Of a stretch of 64,000 nucleotides of DNA, positions 28,437 through 37,200 are shown piece after piece. Position 1 is the stretch's first letter. Every line of letters begins with the position of its first letter. The notes under the pieces are model-generated. The model was not told the DNA's origin and did not search any database. It was given only the letters and a program-made list of their open reading frames with translations. Both the position numbers and the translations under genes were made by a program. Source of the stretch: a virus; IMG/VR virus record IMGVR_UViG_3300042340_000194, positions 1-64,000 of that record; one strand, written 5' to 3'.

Positions 28437-29486
28437 CTAGTAGCTTTTTAACAAAGCGGTCTCTAAACTTCTGTAATAACCTTTTACAACTTTGTCTACG
28501 TGATCGGTTTCATAAGTGCGCAGCGCGTTTTCTAGAGGATCCCATTGAGGAGCCCAACGCCTTTCAAATGTTTCTACTGCGTATTCTGATAAACCTACGC
28601 GGCGTGGTACTTGAGTAAGCTCGTTGATGAAATCGCGGGCGCTAGTTCGATTTTCTGTAGCGAACTCAGCTAGGCCGAAGTCGATGAATTTAAGGCTTCT
28701 GGTTTTTGGGTTAAACATTATGTTTTTTAAGTGCCCATCGTTGTGTACGAGACCACTAATGTGTAAAGAGCGATAGAGGTCTAACATTTGGCGTTTTAAC
28801 TGTAGTGGTGCGGTGTATTTAAGCGAGAAAATACTAGAACTTACCCCATGCGTAGATAAAGGGGAATAATTGTTCAAGTGCTCCATGACCAATACCCGGT
28901 CAGTAGCTTTGTATAGCTGAGGGGATGGCACATTATTGATGTTAGCGTGCCTTAGTATCTCACCTTCAGGGAGTAAGCTTTCTGTGGGGCCGCTCAGGAA
29001 TTTATTAGGTGTCCCCCCGAGGTCGTTGTTCTTTAAGTATTTTATACCGTATTTATTAGACGGGTGGACAACATAATTACCGTAAGCACCTTGGCCCCCT
29101 AGACATCGTGGAGTCGGAACAAAGTCATCTTCTCTAATCCAGTGATCAATCTTGGATGCTGCACATGCAATTGCGTTGGCTTTCTTGTTATCTTCAAAGA
29201 CATCCCACTGTTTGCCGCGCTTCCGCGCCTCAGCTTCGATCCGATCCCAGTCCTCACCAGGGGCGGTGAATCCCTTCCAATCGGGGTCGCGGCGAACGAA
29301 ACGGCGGGCGGCGGAGATGCCTAGGGCTGCGATCCCGGCCCCAAGGGCGACTTTGCCGATCAGGCTCGGGGTGATTGTTGGATTAGAACTGGGCGCAGTG
29401 GTCTTTTTGGAGCATTTCTTGTTGTCTGGTATGCCTGACGCACCGCATTTTTTGTCGAATCTTAGTGAAGCGGTGGTTATGGGCAT
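28437..29486 (-). CDS. Ser/Thr-type protein kinase with Cys leader and TM helix
   Basis: GGQGAYG, YGIKY, LVMEHL, HNDGHLKNIM, FIDFGLA; leader RFDKKCGASGIPDNKKC; TM VALGAGIAALGISAA. Confidence 0.85.
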   Translation of the reverse strand: MPITTASLRFDKKCGASGIPDNKKCSKKTTAPSSNPTITPSLIGKVALGAGIAALGISAARRFVRRDPDWKGFTAPGEDWDRIEAEARKRGKQWDVFEDNKKANAIACAASKIDHWIREDDFVPTPRCLGGQGAYGNYVVHPSNKYGIKYLKNNDLGGTPNKFLSGPTESLLPEGEILRHANINNVPSPQLYKATDRVLVMEHLNNYSPLSTHGVSSSIFSLKYTAPLQLKRQMLDLYRSLHISGLVHNDGHLKNIMFNPKTRSLKFIDFGLAEFATENRTSARDFINELTQVPRRVGLSEYAVETFERRWAPQWDPLENALRTYETDHVDKVVKGYYRSLETALLKSY

Positions 29487-29540
29487 GATTACCGGTGGTA
29501 TGTATGCTATTCTAGCGAGGCACCTGCGTGGACACTTGTC

Positions 29541-30014
29541 TTGGGTTTTATGGATAGAGAGACTCTGGTCAAGCTAAATGGCGATGTGGCGCAGTTAAAA
29601 GGTATTATGCAGCCTTTTAATGATGCTGCCGCTCAGGCCAATAAAGGTTTTATTGAGCTTGGGCGTACTCTGAACTTAGAGGCCCAACGGCGCAATGCCA
29701 TCTTGCGAGCATTGTTTTATTCATCGGTCAAGGCCGCATCACCTACTATTGGGCGTAAACGTCGCGCCCGCAGGGCTAGGGGAAGGCGGCTAGAGGTCAA
29801 GGCAGGAAATAAAACCAATAACGAGTTTCAGTCATACGACAGTGTCTGTCCTCCGATTAGTTCAAACCATATTGCGATCAGCGAAGATGGCGAACTCAGT
29901 TTTGTTTACCGTGCTCATATTGAGCACACATCAGGAGTGACTCCTGATGGGTCAGAATATAAGGCCATTGTAAGATCAATAAAACCAATCAGTGCTAGGA
30001 TTAAGGCGTTATGA
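29541..30014 (+). CDS. Hypothetical protein with an Arg-rich motif
   Basis: ASPTIGRKRRARRARGRRL; first gene of the + strand island (start could be ATG 29550). Confidence 0.65.
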   Translation: MGFMDRETLVKLNGDVAQLKGIMQPFNDAAAQANKGFIELGRTLNLEAQRRNAILRALFYSSVKAASPTIGRKRRARRARGRRLEVKAGNKTNNEFQSYDSVCPPISSNHIAISEDGELSFVYRAHIEHTSGVTPDGSEYKAIVRSIKPISARIKAL

Positions 30015-30280
30015 TATCCCCACTCCTCATGATAGACTTTGTAACCGTACAAACCACTGTAGCATTTGAGTTGTACATGGACGAACCCGCTGGTGGGTCT
30101 AGCCTAGAGGATCTAAATACTAGGATCTTAGTATTTAGAGAGAAGCTTATCGAGATTTATGGTTGCAATCCTGCAATTCTACGTGTAGTGGAACACCCTT
30201 TCTGGATACTTAATCCAGTGGCGGATCAGCCATTTAATCTAGTTAAACCACGCTCTTATTTTTCAAACTGCCATGTTTAA
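30011..30280 (+). CDS. Hypothetical protein
   Basis: ATGA-coupled to the upstream gene and overlapping the downstream gene. Confidence 0.55.
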   Translation: MISPLLMIDFVTVQTTVAFELYMDEPAGGSSLEDLNTRILVFREKLIEIYGCNPAILRVVEHPFWILNPVADQPFNLVKPRSYFSNCHV

Positions 30281-30614
30281 GGACGACCTAGGGATAAACA
30301 TACAAAATGCTGCTTGCAGTACTACAGGCATGACTGCTGATGAAATGCTTGAACTACTAAATGAGCCGGTTACGCGCATCGTAGAGAACTTTAACATGAG
30401 GGAGAAACTGGACACTATATTGCTCGATTCTAAGCAGTTTGCGTCTATATTATCTGAACGCACCAAGGCGGCAATGAATCGCGTCTATCACAATACGAGA
30501 CCTAACTATCTACCTATCTTTGTTAACGCCTCCCCCACTATTGGACGTAAACGCCGCAACCGTCGCGCTCGGGGGCGTAAACTAGCAGCTAATCGCCAAA
30601 AAGCTTGTGCTTAA
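30273..30614 (+). CDS. Small protein carrying a copy of a major-capsid segment + Arg-rich motif
   Basis: TADEMLELLNEPVTRIVENFNMREKLDT vs MCP TADEVLELLNEPVTRIVENSNMKEQPDT; ASPTIGRKRRNRRARGRKL. Confidence 0.75.
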   Translation: MFKDDLGINIQNAACSTTGMTADEMLELLNEPVTRIVENFNMREKLDTILLDSKQFASILSERTKAAMNRVYHNTRPNYLPIFVNASPTIGRKRRNRRARGRKLAANRQKACA

Positions 30615-31212
30615 GAACGACATCTGGATAGGACAGCAAGCTGCCGCTGGGATGATCGAGCCCTATCAGGAATGTCTGTTGCGCCGCATTGAAACCTGGG
30701 AGGATAGCATTCTACAAGTAAAGCCGGTGTTGTCTTTTGGTGTTAGCAGTTATGGCTATGACATCCGGCTGTCGGCTCAGGAATTTATGACCTTCCGCCA
30801 TGTCCCTGGCACGGTGATGAACCCCAAGCGGGCCAATCCCGCCAACCTGGAGCCGGCCCCTCTCCATCAGGACGAGGATGGGCGCTACTTCATCCTGCCG
30901 GCGCATACCTACGGCCTCGGGGTAGCTCTGGAGAAATTGCGGGTGCCGCCGAATATCACTGTGATCTGCTTGGGGAAAAGCACTTACGCCCGGTTGGGGA
31001 TCATTGTGAATACCACGCCGGCAGAAGCGGCATGGGAGGGGCACCTAACCCTGGAGTTCAGTAATTCTTCTGGTGCTGATTGCCGTATTTATGCCGAAGA
31101 GGGTATCTGCCAACTGCTTTTCTTTGAGGGGGATCCCTGTGAAACTACTTATGCGGATCGGAATGGTAAATATCAATATCAGCCGGAACTGGTGACATTA
31201 GCAAGGGTTTGA
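30607..31212 (+). CDS. dcd: dCTP deaminase
   Basis: SFGVSSYGYDIRL, GKSTYARLG, TPAEAAWEGHLTLE, YAEEGICQ, YADRNGKYQ. Confidence 0.95.
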   Translation: MLKNDIWIGQQAAAGMIEPYQECLLRRIETWEDSILQVKPVLSFGVSSYGYDIRLSAQEFMTFRHVPGTVMNPKRANPANLEPAPLHQDEDGRYFILPAHTYGLGVALEKLRVPPNITVICLGKSTYARLGIIVNTTPAEAAWEGHLTLEFSNSSGADCRIYAEEGICQLLFFEGDPCETTYADRNGKYQYQPELVTLARV

Positions 31213-31242
31213 TTCTTACTTTATTGTGAAACATAATTAAGG

Positions 31243-32133
31243 CTATCGCAGCCGATTTCCCACACGTCTTGTCAGGCGGGGCGCATTACCTAAGTACCTA
31301 TCCCAGAACTTGTTGTAGGCTTGCTGTGTGGGAGCGTTTTTAGTAAGCCCGGTCTCCTTGATCAGATCAGAGAATTTCCTATGTTCTATAGGATCTAGTT
31401 TATTCAGCATGTAGTTAATGTGGTCCATATCATTGCGTAGACCTGAAGTAGGCATGAATTTGATCGGCTTGGCGTAGCCCCAGTCGATCAATTTAACATC
31501 GCCATCCTTGACCATAACATTACCCAGGTGCATGTCTCCATGTGCGTACCCGGCCTTATGCAGCTTCGACATCTCTAAGACAAACTGCTTCGCGTAGCGG
31601 GCCTTCTCCTGCTTGGTTCCGCTTTCTACGATTTTGGTTAAGTTCTTGTACCCGTCCATGTACTCGATTTGAGTTATAGATCGCGCCGAATCGACAGCTA
31701 GGACATTCGGAGTGTTGATGCCCTTATCGTGTAGTTTGGCCTGCAGCGTGACTTCACGCAGGAACTGTCGCCGCCCGACAAGGGTTTTCTTGAAGTTTGT
31801 CTTGAAGACTGATTTACGATCCGGGGAGACGTGAATGGCCCCGGCATAACCTTTGGCTAGGAACTTACTACCTTTGGGGAGATTTTGCGGAGTTGATAAT
31901 GCAATAGCTTCCTTGAAGGCACGTTCAATTGCAGGAGTCCATCTTCTCCTGTTGAGCACTCCTACAAGAACGACTCCTGTAGCTACGGCTGCGGTGGTTG
32001 TTCTCGGGGTTATGATACCTCCTGAGCTGCTTGCAGGGGCTACGCTTTTTCCACACTTCTTGTTCGCTGCAATGCCGGATTTCCCGCACTTCTTATCCAG
32101 GCGCAGCCGCGCTGCGGTCAGTTGCAATTCCAT
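31243..32133 (-). CDS. Ser/Thr-type (RIO/Bud32-like) kinase with Cys leader and TM helix
   Basis: AKGYAG, VFKT, FLREV, IEYMDG, HGDMHLGNVM, LIDWGYA; leader RLDKKCGKSGIAANKKC; TM AAVATGVVLVGVL. Confidence 0.85.
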   Translation of the reverse strand: MELQLTAARLRLDKKCGKSGIAANKKCGKSVAPASSSGGIITPRTTTAAVATGVVLVGVLNRRRWTPAIERAFKEAIALSTPQNLPKGSKFLAKGYAGAIHVSPDRKSVFKTNFKKTLVGRRQFLREVTLQAKLHDKGINTPNVLAVDSARSITQIEYMDGYKNLTKIVESGTKQEKARYAKQFVLEMSKLHKAGYAHGDMHLGNVMVKDGDVKLIDWGYAKPIKFMPTSGLRNDMDHINYMLNKLDPIEHRKFSDLIKETGLTKNAPTQQAYNKFWDRYLGNAPRLTRRVGNRLR

Positions 32134-32444
32134 TTCCGTAACGACTTATTGATCCGTGAATCCTGGTTATTAGCGGTTTTCGCGCTGGTTAGCTTACGCT
32201 TCATTCCCGACATGCGGGCACAGAACCTCCGTCGTCTTTCTGCTCTCGCTGATCCGGGTTTGAGCTTGGAGGGGTCGGTCGTTACCGCGAGGGAGAGCTT
32301 CGAGCCTGGATGTTGCTTGCGGTAGGAGGCGATGCCTGCGGCGTTAAGGCCGCCCTCGGGGTTTTTGCCTTCCTTGCGCTGCCAAGCGGGGGATTTGTCA
32401 AGGCGGATGGTTAGAGGTGTGAGTAGTCCCACCTCAGTTACCAC
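32118..32444 (-). CDS. DUF6321-like small basic protein
   Basis: AWQRKEGKNPEGGLN...RRRFCARMSGMK.KLTSAKTA...SRINKSLRKWNC, preceded by RLD. Confidence 0.7.
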   Translation of the reverse strand: MVTEVGLLTPLTIRLDKSPAWQRKEGKNPEGGLNAAGIASYRKQHPGSKLSLAVTTDPSKLKPGSARAERRRRFCARMSGMKRKLTSAKTANNQDSRINKSLRKWNCN

Positions 32445-33270
32445 TAAAGAGCCTGCGCTTCTGCCTAATCAGCCCGATTTGGGTTTTACGCGCAGCGCGG
32501 CGTGTTGAAGCAACCCCAGCTTGGGCTTTAGCCATTGTTGTAGATACTGCAGCTTTTGTCGCCTTCCGTACTCTCGCTTTAGATGGAGGTATAGCGCCTT
32601 GAGACAACATCCCCCGAGCTTGTTTGTTATTCATAGACCGTGCCATACTGGCTTGTGAGTTGCTAACTTGATTTGTCCATGGGTCTGGAATGCCACCAGC
32701 GGAATTGGTAGGGCGAGGATTGGACATGCGGCTAGTCACACGTAAGTTTTTCGCAACTCTTAGGTTAGACATAGCATTTTTCTGCATTCCTCGATATTTC
32801 ATAGCACCCACTGTACCTGCAGCAATACTACCAGCAACGGCGGCTACTTTAAGGCCGGTCTGGACGTTTTCATTACCAAGGGAGGATTTTACAGTACCGA
32901 CTAAGCCTTTAGTACACTTTTTGCCTTCAGCAATGCCGGAAGCACCGCACTTCTTGTCCTCTCTTACACTCAACACACCACGGATATAATTCTTACTGTG
33001 TTTATTGATTCCAAGTTCACAAGCATCAAGATATTCCATAGGAGTAAGTACAGCGTCCATTGCTGCTTTAGCTGCGCAGCCACAAGAGCCACTCTTCTTA
33101 CCCTTCTTCATGCAAGCGGCACAAGGCTTCTTACCTTTCCCGTGGGGGGCATCACCGTACTCGGGGGACTCTCCCTCCTCCATCTTCGAAGACTCCATTC
33201 CTTTCCCCGCAGCGCTGCCCTCGGCGGCCTTTTTACGACCCTTTTTAAGGAATGCTGCGGGGATCGGCAT
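32434..33270 (-). CDS. Basic protein with internal Cys leader and TM helix
   Basis: CAAC..CGC N-terminal part; REDKKCGASGIAEGKKC; TM VAAVAGSIAAGTVGAM; K/R-rich C-terminus. Confidence 0.7.
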   Translation of the reverse strand: MPIPAAFLKKGRKKAAEGSAAGKGMESSKMEEGESPEYGDAPHGKGKKPCAACMKKGKKSGSCGCAAKAAMDAVLTPMEYLDACELGINKHSKNYIRGVLSVREDKKCGASGIAEGKKCTKGLVGTVKSSLGNENVQTGLKVAAVAGSIAAGTVGAMKYRGMQKNAMSNLRVAKNLRVTSRMSNPRPTNSAGGIPDPWTNQVSNSQASMARSMNNKQARGMLSQGAIPPSKARVRKATKAAVSTTMAKAQAGVASTRRAARKTQIGLIRQKRRLFSGN

Positions 33271-33302
33271 GGCCTGGGTAGATAGGGATTCTCCCCCTCA
33301 GG

Positions 33303-33881
33303 TTACCGTTGAGGCACAGCCGGCAAGATTCTATGCACCCAGGCCCTCTTTAGGTTGTAATCAGGTCGGCGATCGTACCATTGAGCAGCGTCCCAAACAC
33401 TCACGCTGGGCATGCACGCAGCATAGATGGTTTTATCGGAATAAAACCCGTCGTAGAATGTGGACTTGGGGTTGTTATAGGTCCAGCTAGGGCCGTCGAA
33501 CTCCGACCAAGGATCTTTGACATTGAAGGCATAAGTGGCGTCCGCTTTCAGTTTCACACCATCGAGAGCAATAACATGCCCAGATCCGGTGAAATAGCCG
33601 TGAGTGATGAGAAACTCACCAGCTTTTAGATAACCAACAATGTCATTGAGCGAAGCGGTGTTGTTGTAGATATACCGGTCACCGATATAACCACGAATTA
33701 CTTTGCCCATGTTGGTAGTATCCCCCGCCGCACCAGGCAGGCGGTTCAATTTACGACGAACACCTAGCACGTCTTTATCACCTACCGCCATCGCAATGCA
33801 GGCGGACTGACATGTAGAAGCGTCAGGCTGGGAGAGGTTGAGTGCGTGGACTGTTGTTTTCCACTCTTGACTGATGATCAT
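33303..33881 (-). CDS. C39-like cysteine peptidase (candidate endolysin)
   Basis: SQPDASTCQSACIAM (Q...C), GHVIALDG (H), VKDPW (D). Confidence 0.75.
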   Translation of the reverse strand: MIISQEWKTTVHALNLSQPDASTCQSACIAMAVGDKDVLGVRRKLNRLPGAAGDTTNMGKVIRGYIGDRYIYNNTASLNDIVGYLKAGEFLITHGYFTGSGHVIALDGVKLKADATYAFNVKDPWSEFDGPSWTYNNPKSTFYDGFYSDKTIYAACMPSVSVWDAAQWYDRRPDYNLKRAWVHRILPAVPQR

Positions 33882-33929
33882 GACGATAATTAAGGATAAA
33901 GAGAGAAAAAGGGAGAGGTGGATGTGTGA

Positions 33930-34181
33930 TTAAGTGACCTCGTCCTCCTCACGAGGTTTGCGAAGAGCTGGGTTATATGTATTAAAACCATTCACGAAGC
34001 CAGCCTTCTCAGCCATACTTTTCATAAAAGGAACTCCCATAATAGAGCCACTGACAATCCAACAGCTAGGCCACCCACCAGGCAGGGTGGGGGAATGTTC
34101 GCAACGGATTAGAAAACCTACGCCGAATATAACTGTGGCTACGACAGGAACAGTCAACACCTTTGGCCAGCGTATTTGCAT
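33930..34181 (-). CDS. Two-TM small protein (holin-like)
   Basis: Likely start MQIRW; two hydrophobic segments and a charged C-terminus; upstream of the peptidase. Confidence 0.5.
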   Translation of the reverse strand: MQIRWPKVLTVPVVATVIFGVGFLIRCEHSPTLPGGWPSCWIVSGSIMGVPFMKSMAEKAGFVNGFNTYNPALRKPREEDEVT

Positions 34182-34200
34182 TTTGATTGGGTGTGGCACT

Positions 34201-37200
34201 TTAGTTAGAGGAAGTGGCGGGCTCGGGGGGAACTGTCTTAGCTCCGGTGGCATTCTGCTGTACTTCAGCTCGCAGGGATTTACTACTACGCTTTACCTTG
34301 TTAGGATCGTAACCTCCGTACCATACATCAATCATACGATCTTCAATTTCTGAGCGTAGTTGAAGTAGTGCTTGCTGCTTATTTGTGCTAAGAGCTTTGA
34401 TATACCGACTTTTAACATCTCTACTTTTATTACCAAATAAAACTTGTAGATCACCCTCTATTGGTTTATCGCTGGCTATACGCCATACCATTTCATTAGT
34501 CAACTCCTTTGAGCGGGCACGGTCCACTGTTAAATAACTGTGTGCCTCTTTCTGTAACTGCTTATCTAATAAATAACTATCACCAGCCTTAAAGTATTTT
34601 CTCCAGTTAGCCCCAAACTCTGGGTTATTAGGATCAATTTTTTCGCTAAGTCCATGAGGAATATTATTATTCTGTAACATGCGCACCGGACTGCTAGCGA
34701 ACGCACGTTTACCCATAGTTGCGTAAAACACATCTCCTTTGCTGACCCATGTTCGCATATTCTCATCTGTATGATTAAACACCCCGAAAGTGGGGCCTGC
34801 TACATTAACAACTTTGACATCTCTATAACCCATTTCGGCTAGAATAGCTAATGTTTCCGACGCCACATTTCCCCCATTGCTGTAGGCTAGCATGTGGACA
34901 GGCTTGCCGGTTAACCGCCGTTGTGCTGCGACAAAAGCTGCTGCACGTACTGCATCAGGATTAAACCCACGAGTTTCTATATTACCTCGCAAATAATCCA
35001 TCTGCTTAAACGCATTCTTCATCTCTATACCCATAGTAACCGGCTTCTGAGCTACTTTAGGGAGCATACCTATGCGGGCTTTCCGCGTCTTCATGTCTAG
35101 ATCGTCGGCACCTTGCTTAATAGGTTGGGAGATTTTGTTAGCAAAAGGGAGTATATCATGCTCGCCCCAGATCTCCCGAAAAGCTCCACCTTCAGCCATC
35201 AAATGACTACCTTGACCACGCTTAGTAAAAGTACCATCGTCTGCATAAGAAAGCATGACCACTGCGCCTTTGCTATTCTGTGTTTGCCCGTAAAATGCTG
35301 GGGTATTGTCCATACCACTAAACCCAGTATCATATCCTTTATCTTTGAAGTTGTAAGTAGATGCTTCAAACGGAGTAACGTCTTTGACATCCTTACCTAA
35401 ACGCTTCGCCGCTTTTTCGTTAAACTCGCGCACCATATCCTTAGCCATAGCCTCGGCGTCTATAGCAGATCTGGACACATTTCTCCTATAGGCGAATACC
35501 TGCTGAGATTTCACCCCGAGTGCGAGCCCTACGGCTGTGGCAGCCACTGCTCCAGCACCGATAGCCACATTACGGAGAGTATTGTCCTTATCTTTTGGGA
35601 TTGCTGCAGATTGCCCACCTCCGCCAGAAGCGGCTTGAGCGGCCAATGTTTTCTTAGAGCAGTTCCTATTATCAGGAATACCGGATTTACCGCAGCGCTT
35701 GTCCTGCCTAATAGTCGCAGCGAAAGCCTGGAAATAAGCATCACCGCGCTCGGGGGGCTTTCTTGCTTCCATGCGGCGGCGCTGGATTACTACGCGGGCA
35801 GCCGCCTCCGCTGACTTCTGGTTTTTATATAAAGGCTTGCCATTAGGCAATGTCCTATCCATTAGGGCTTTAAGCACGTCTAGATAAGACTGCTGCTCCT
35901 CTACATTAGTAAATTTGAAACTCTCCCTAGCCCGTCGAGGACGGTTCATCGGAGGTATCGGCGGAATAGCTCTACCGGTACGTGTGTTTAGCTCATTAGG
36001 GGGTCTTATTTGAAGCCCTTCGAATGCACCGGTCCCCCTGAGTATTGTCAAAGCTTCGGAAGGGTCTTTGATCGGCCTACCTGCGTGCTCTGAGGCAGCC
36101 TTTTGGATAGTCAGGCTCGGGGCAGACCATATCGTATTGACACTGGCGGGAAAGCCATTAGTTTGGAAATAATGCTGGTTAACTAGATCCGCAGAGTATG
36201 GGCCTTTAACCGCCTGCCTACCTGCTGTAGGGTAGAGCCGCGTAGCAAAGAACTCCGCATGCCCCTGCATCGCGTTCTGCATTACTGGGTATTGGTCTAG
36301 AGGTACGGATTTCCTTAAGCCTGTTGGCCCATAGACTTTAGGTAAAGAGTTAATAATAGACTCGTAGAAAGTATCATAGCTTGAGATTGTCTTACCATAG
36401 ATAGTTCTTGCTGTGCCAATTGCTCGGAAATTGGGGTGCAGCGTACCTAGGAGCTGGCTACGGGCTTGTTCTCTGGCTGCTGGGGTTAGCTGTTGAGCAT
36501 CGAGCAGCGTGTTAGCTAAGCTATGGCGATCTTCTAATTTACCTAGGTTAAAGCCCCGGTCTTTCGCGTAATTAGTCAACGTTTTATGCTCAGCATCCAA
36601 TTGATCTGCGATCTGCTGCACCAGCTTCACGCCTGACACTTCAGCCCCGCCAGTCACCTTGTAATGAGTTCTGAGGAAATCCTCCCCCGAGAGCGTCGCG
36701 AATTGATAACCGTCACCGACTCTATAGATTTGCTGCTCTTTCAAGCGTGGCGTGCTCCACATCGCTTTGTATGAGGCTTTATGCCACTCACCAAAGTCTG
36801 TGTAGGCGCTAGGACTTACATTTTTAACCCGCTGGCCGACAGCCGAAAATGGGGAATAGTCTAAAGGACTGGTTTTAAGAATATCAGAAGTATCGGGTAA
36901 TCCGTAGTTTCTACCAGCTACTGCTCCTACGCCATTGCGACGGCGCACTAATTCAGCGACAGCATTACGAGCTTCAGTTTTGGTACGCGCACGCGCCGGA
37001 TGTAGATCTAGCACCGAATGCAGTGCATTACTTACACTGTCATCAATGTTTTTACCAATACCTTCCCTGTAGCTGCGGATATTGCTTAAGATGCCGTGGG
37101 CACGAACTCCTCCCCCGAGTACGGCAAGAGCTACACCGATGCCTATAGACCCTTGAACTAGAGCAGCTTGTAGTTCTTTTTTCTTCTTAAGATCTTGAGG

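Noticed and set aside
25764-30425. MCP segment duplicate as a DGR template/variable repeat
   Set aside because: Differences are mostly third-position and not adenine-specific; no reverse transcriptase in the window
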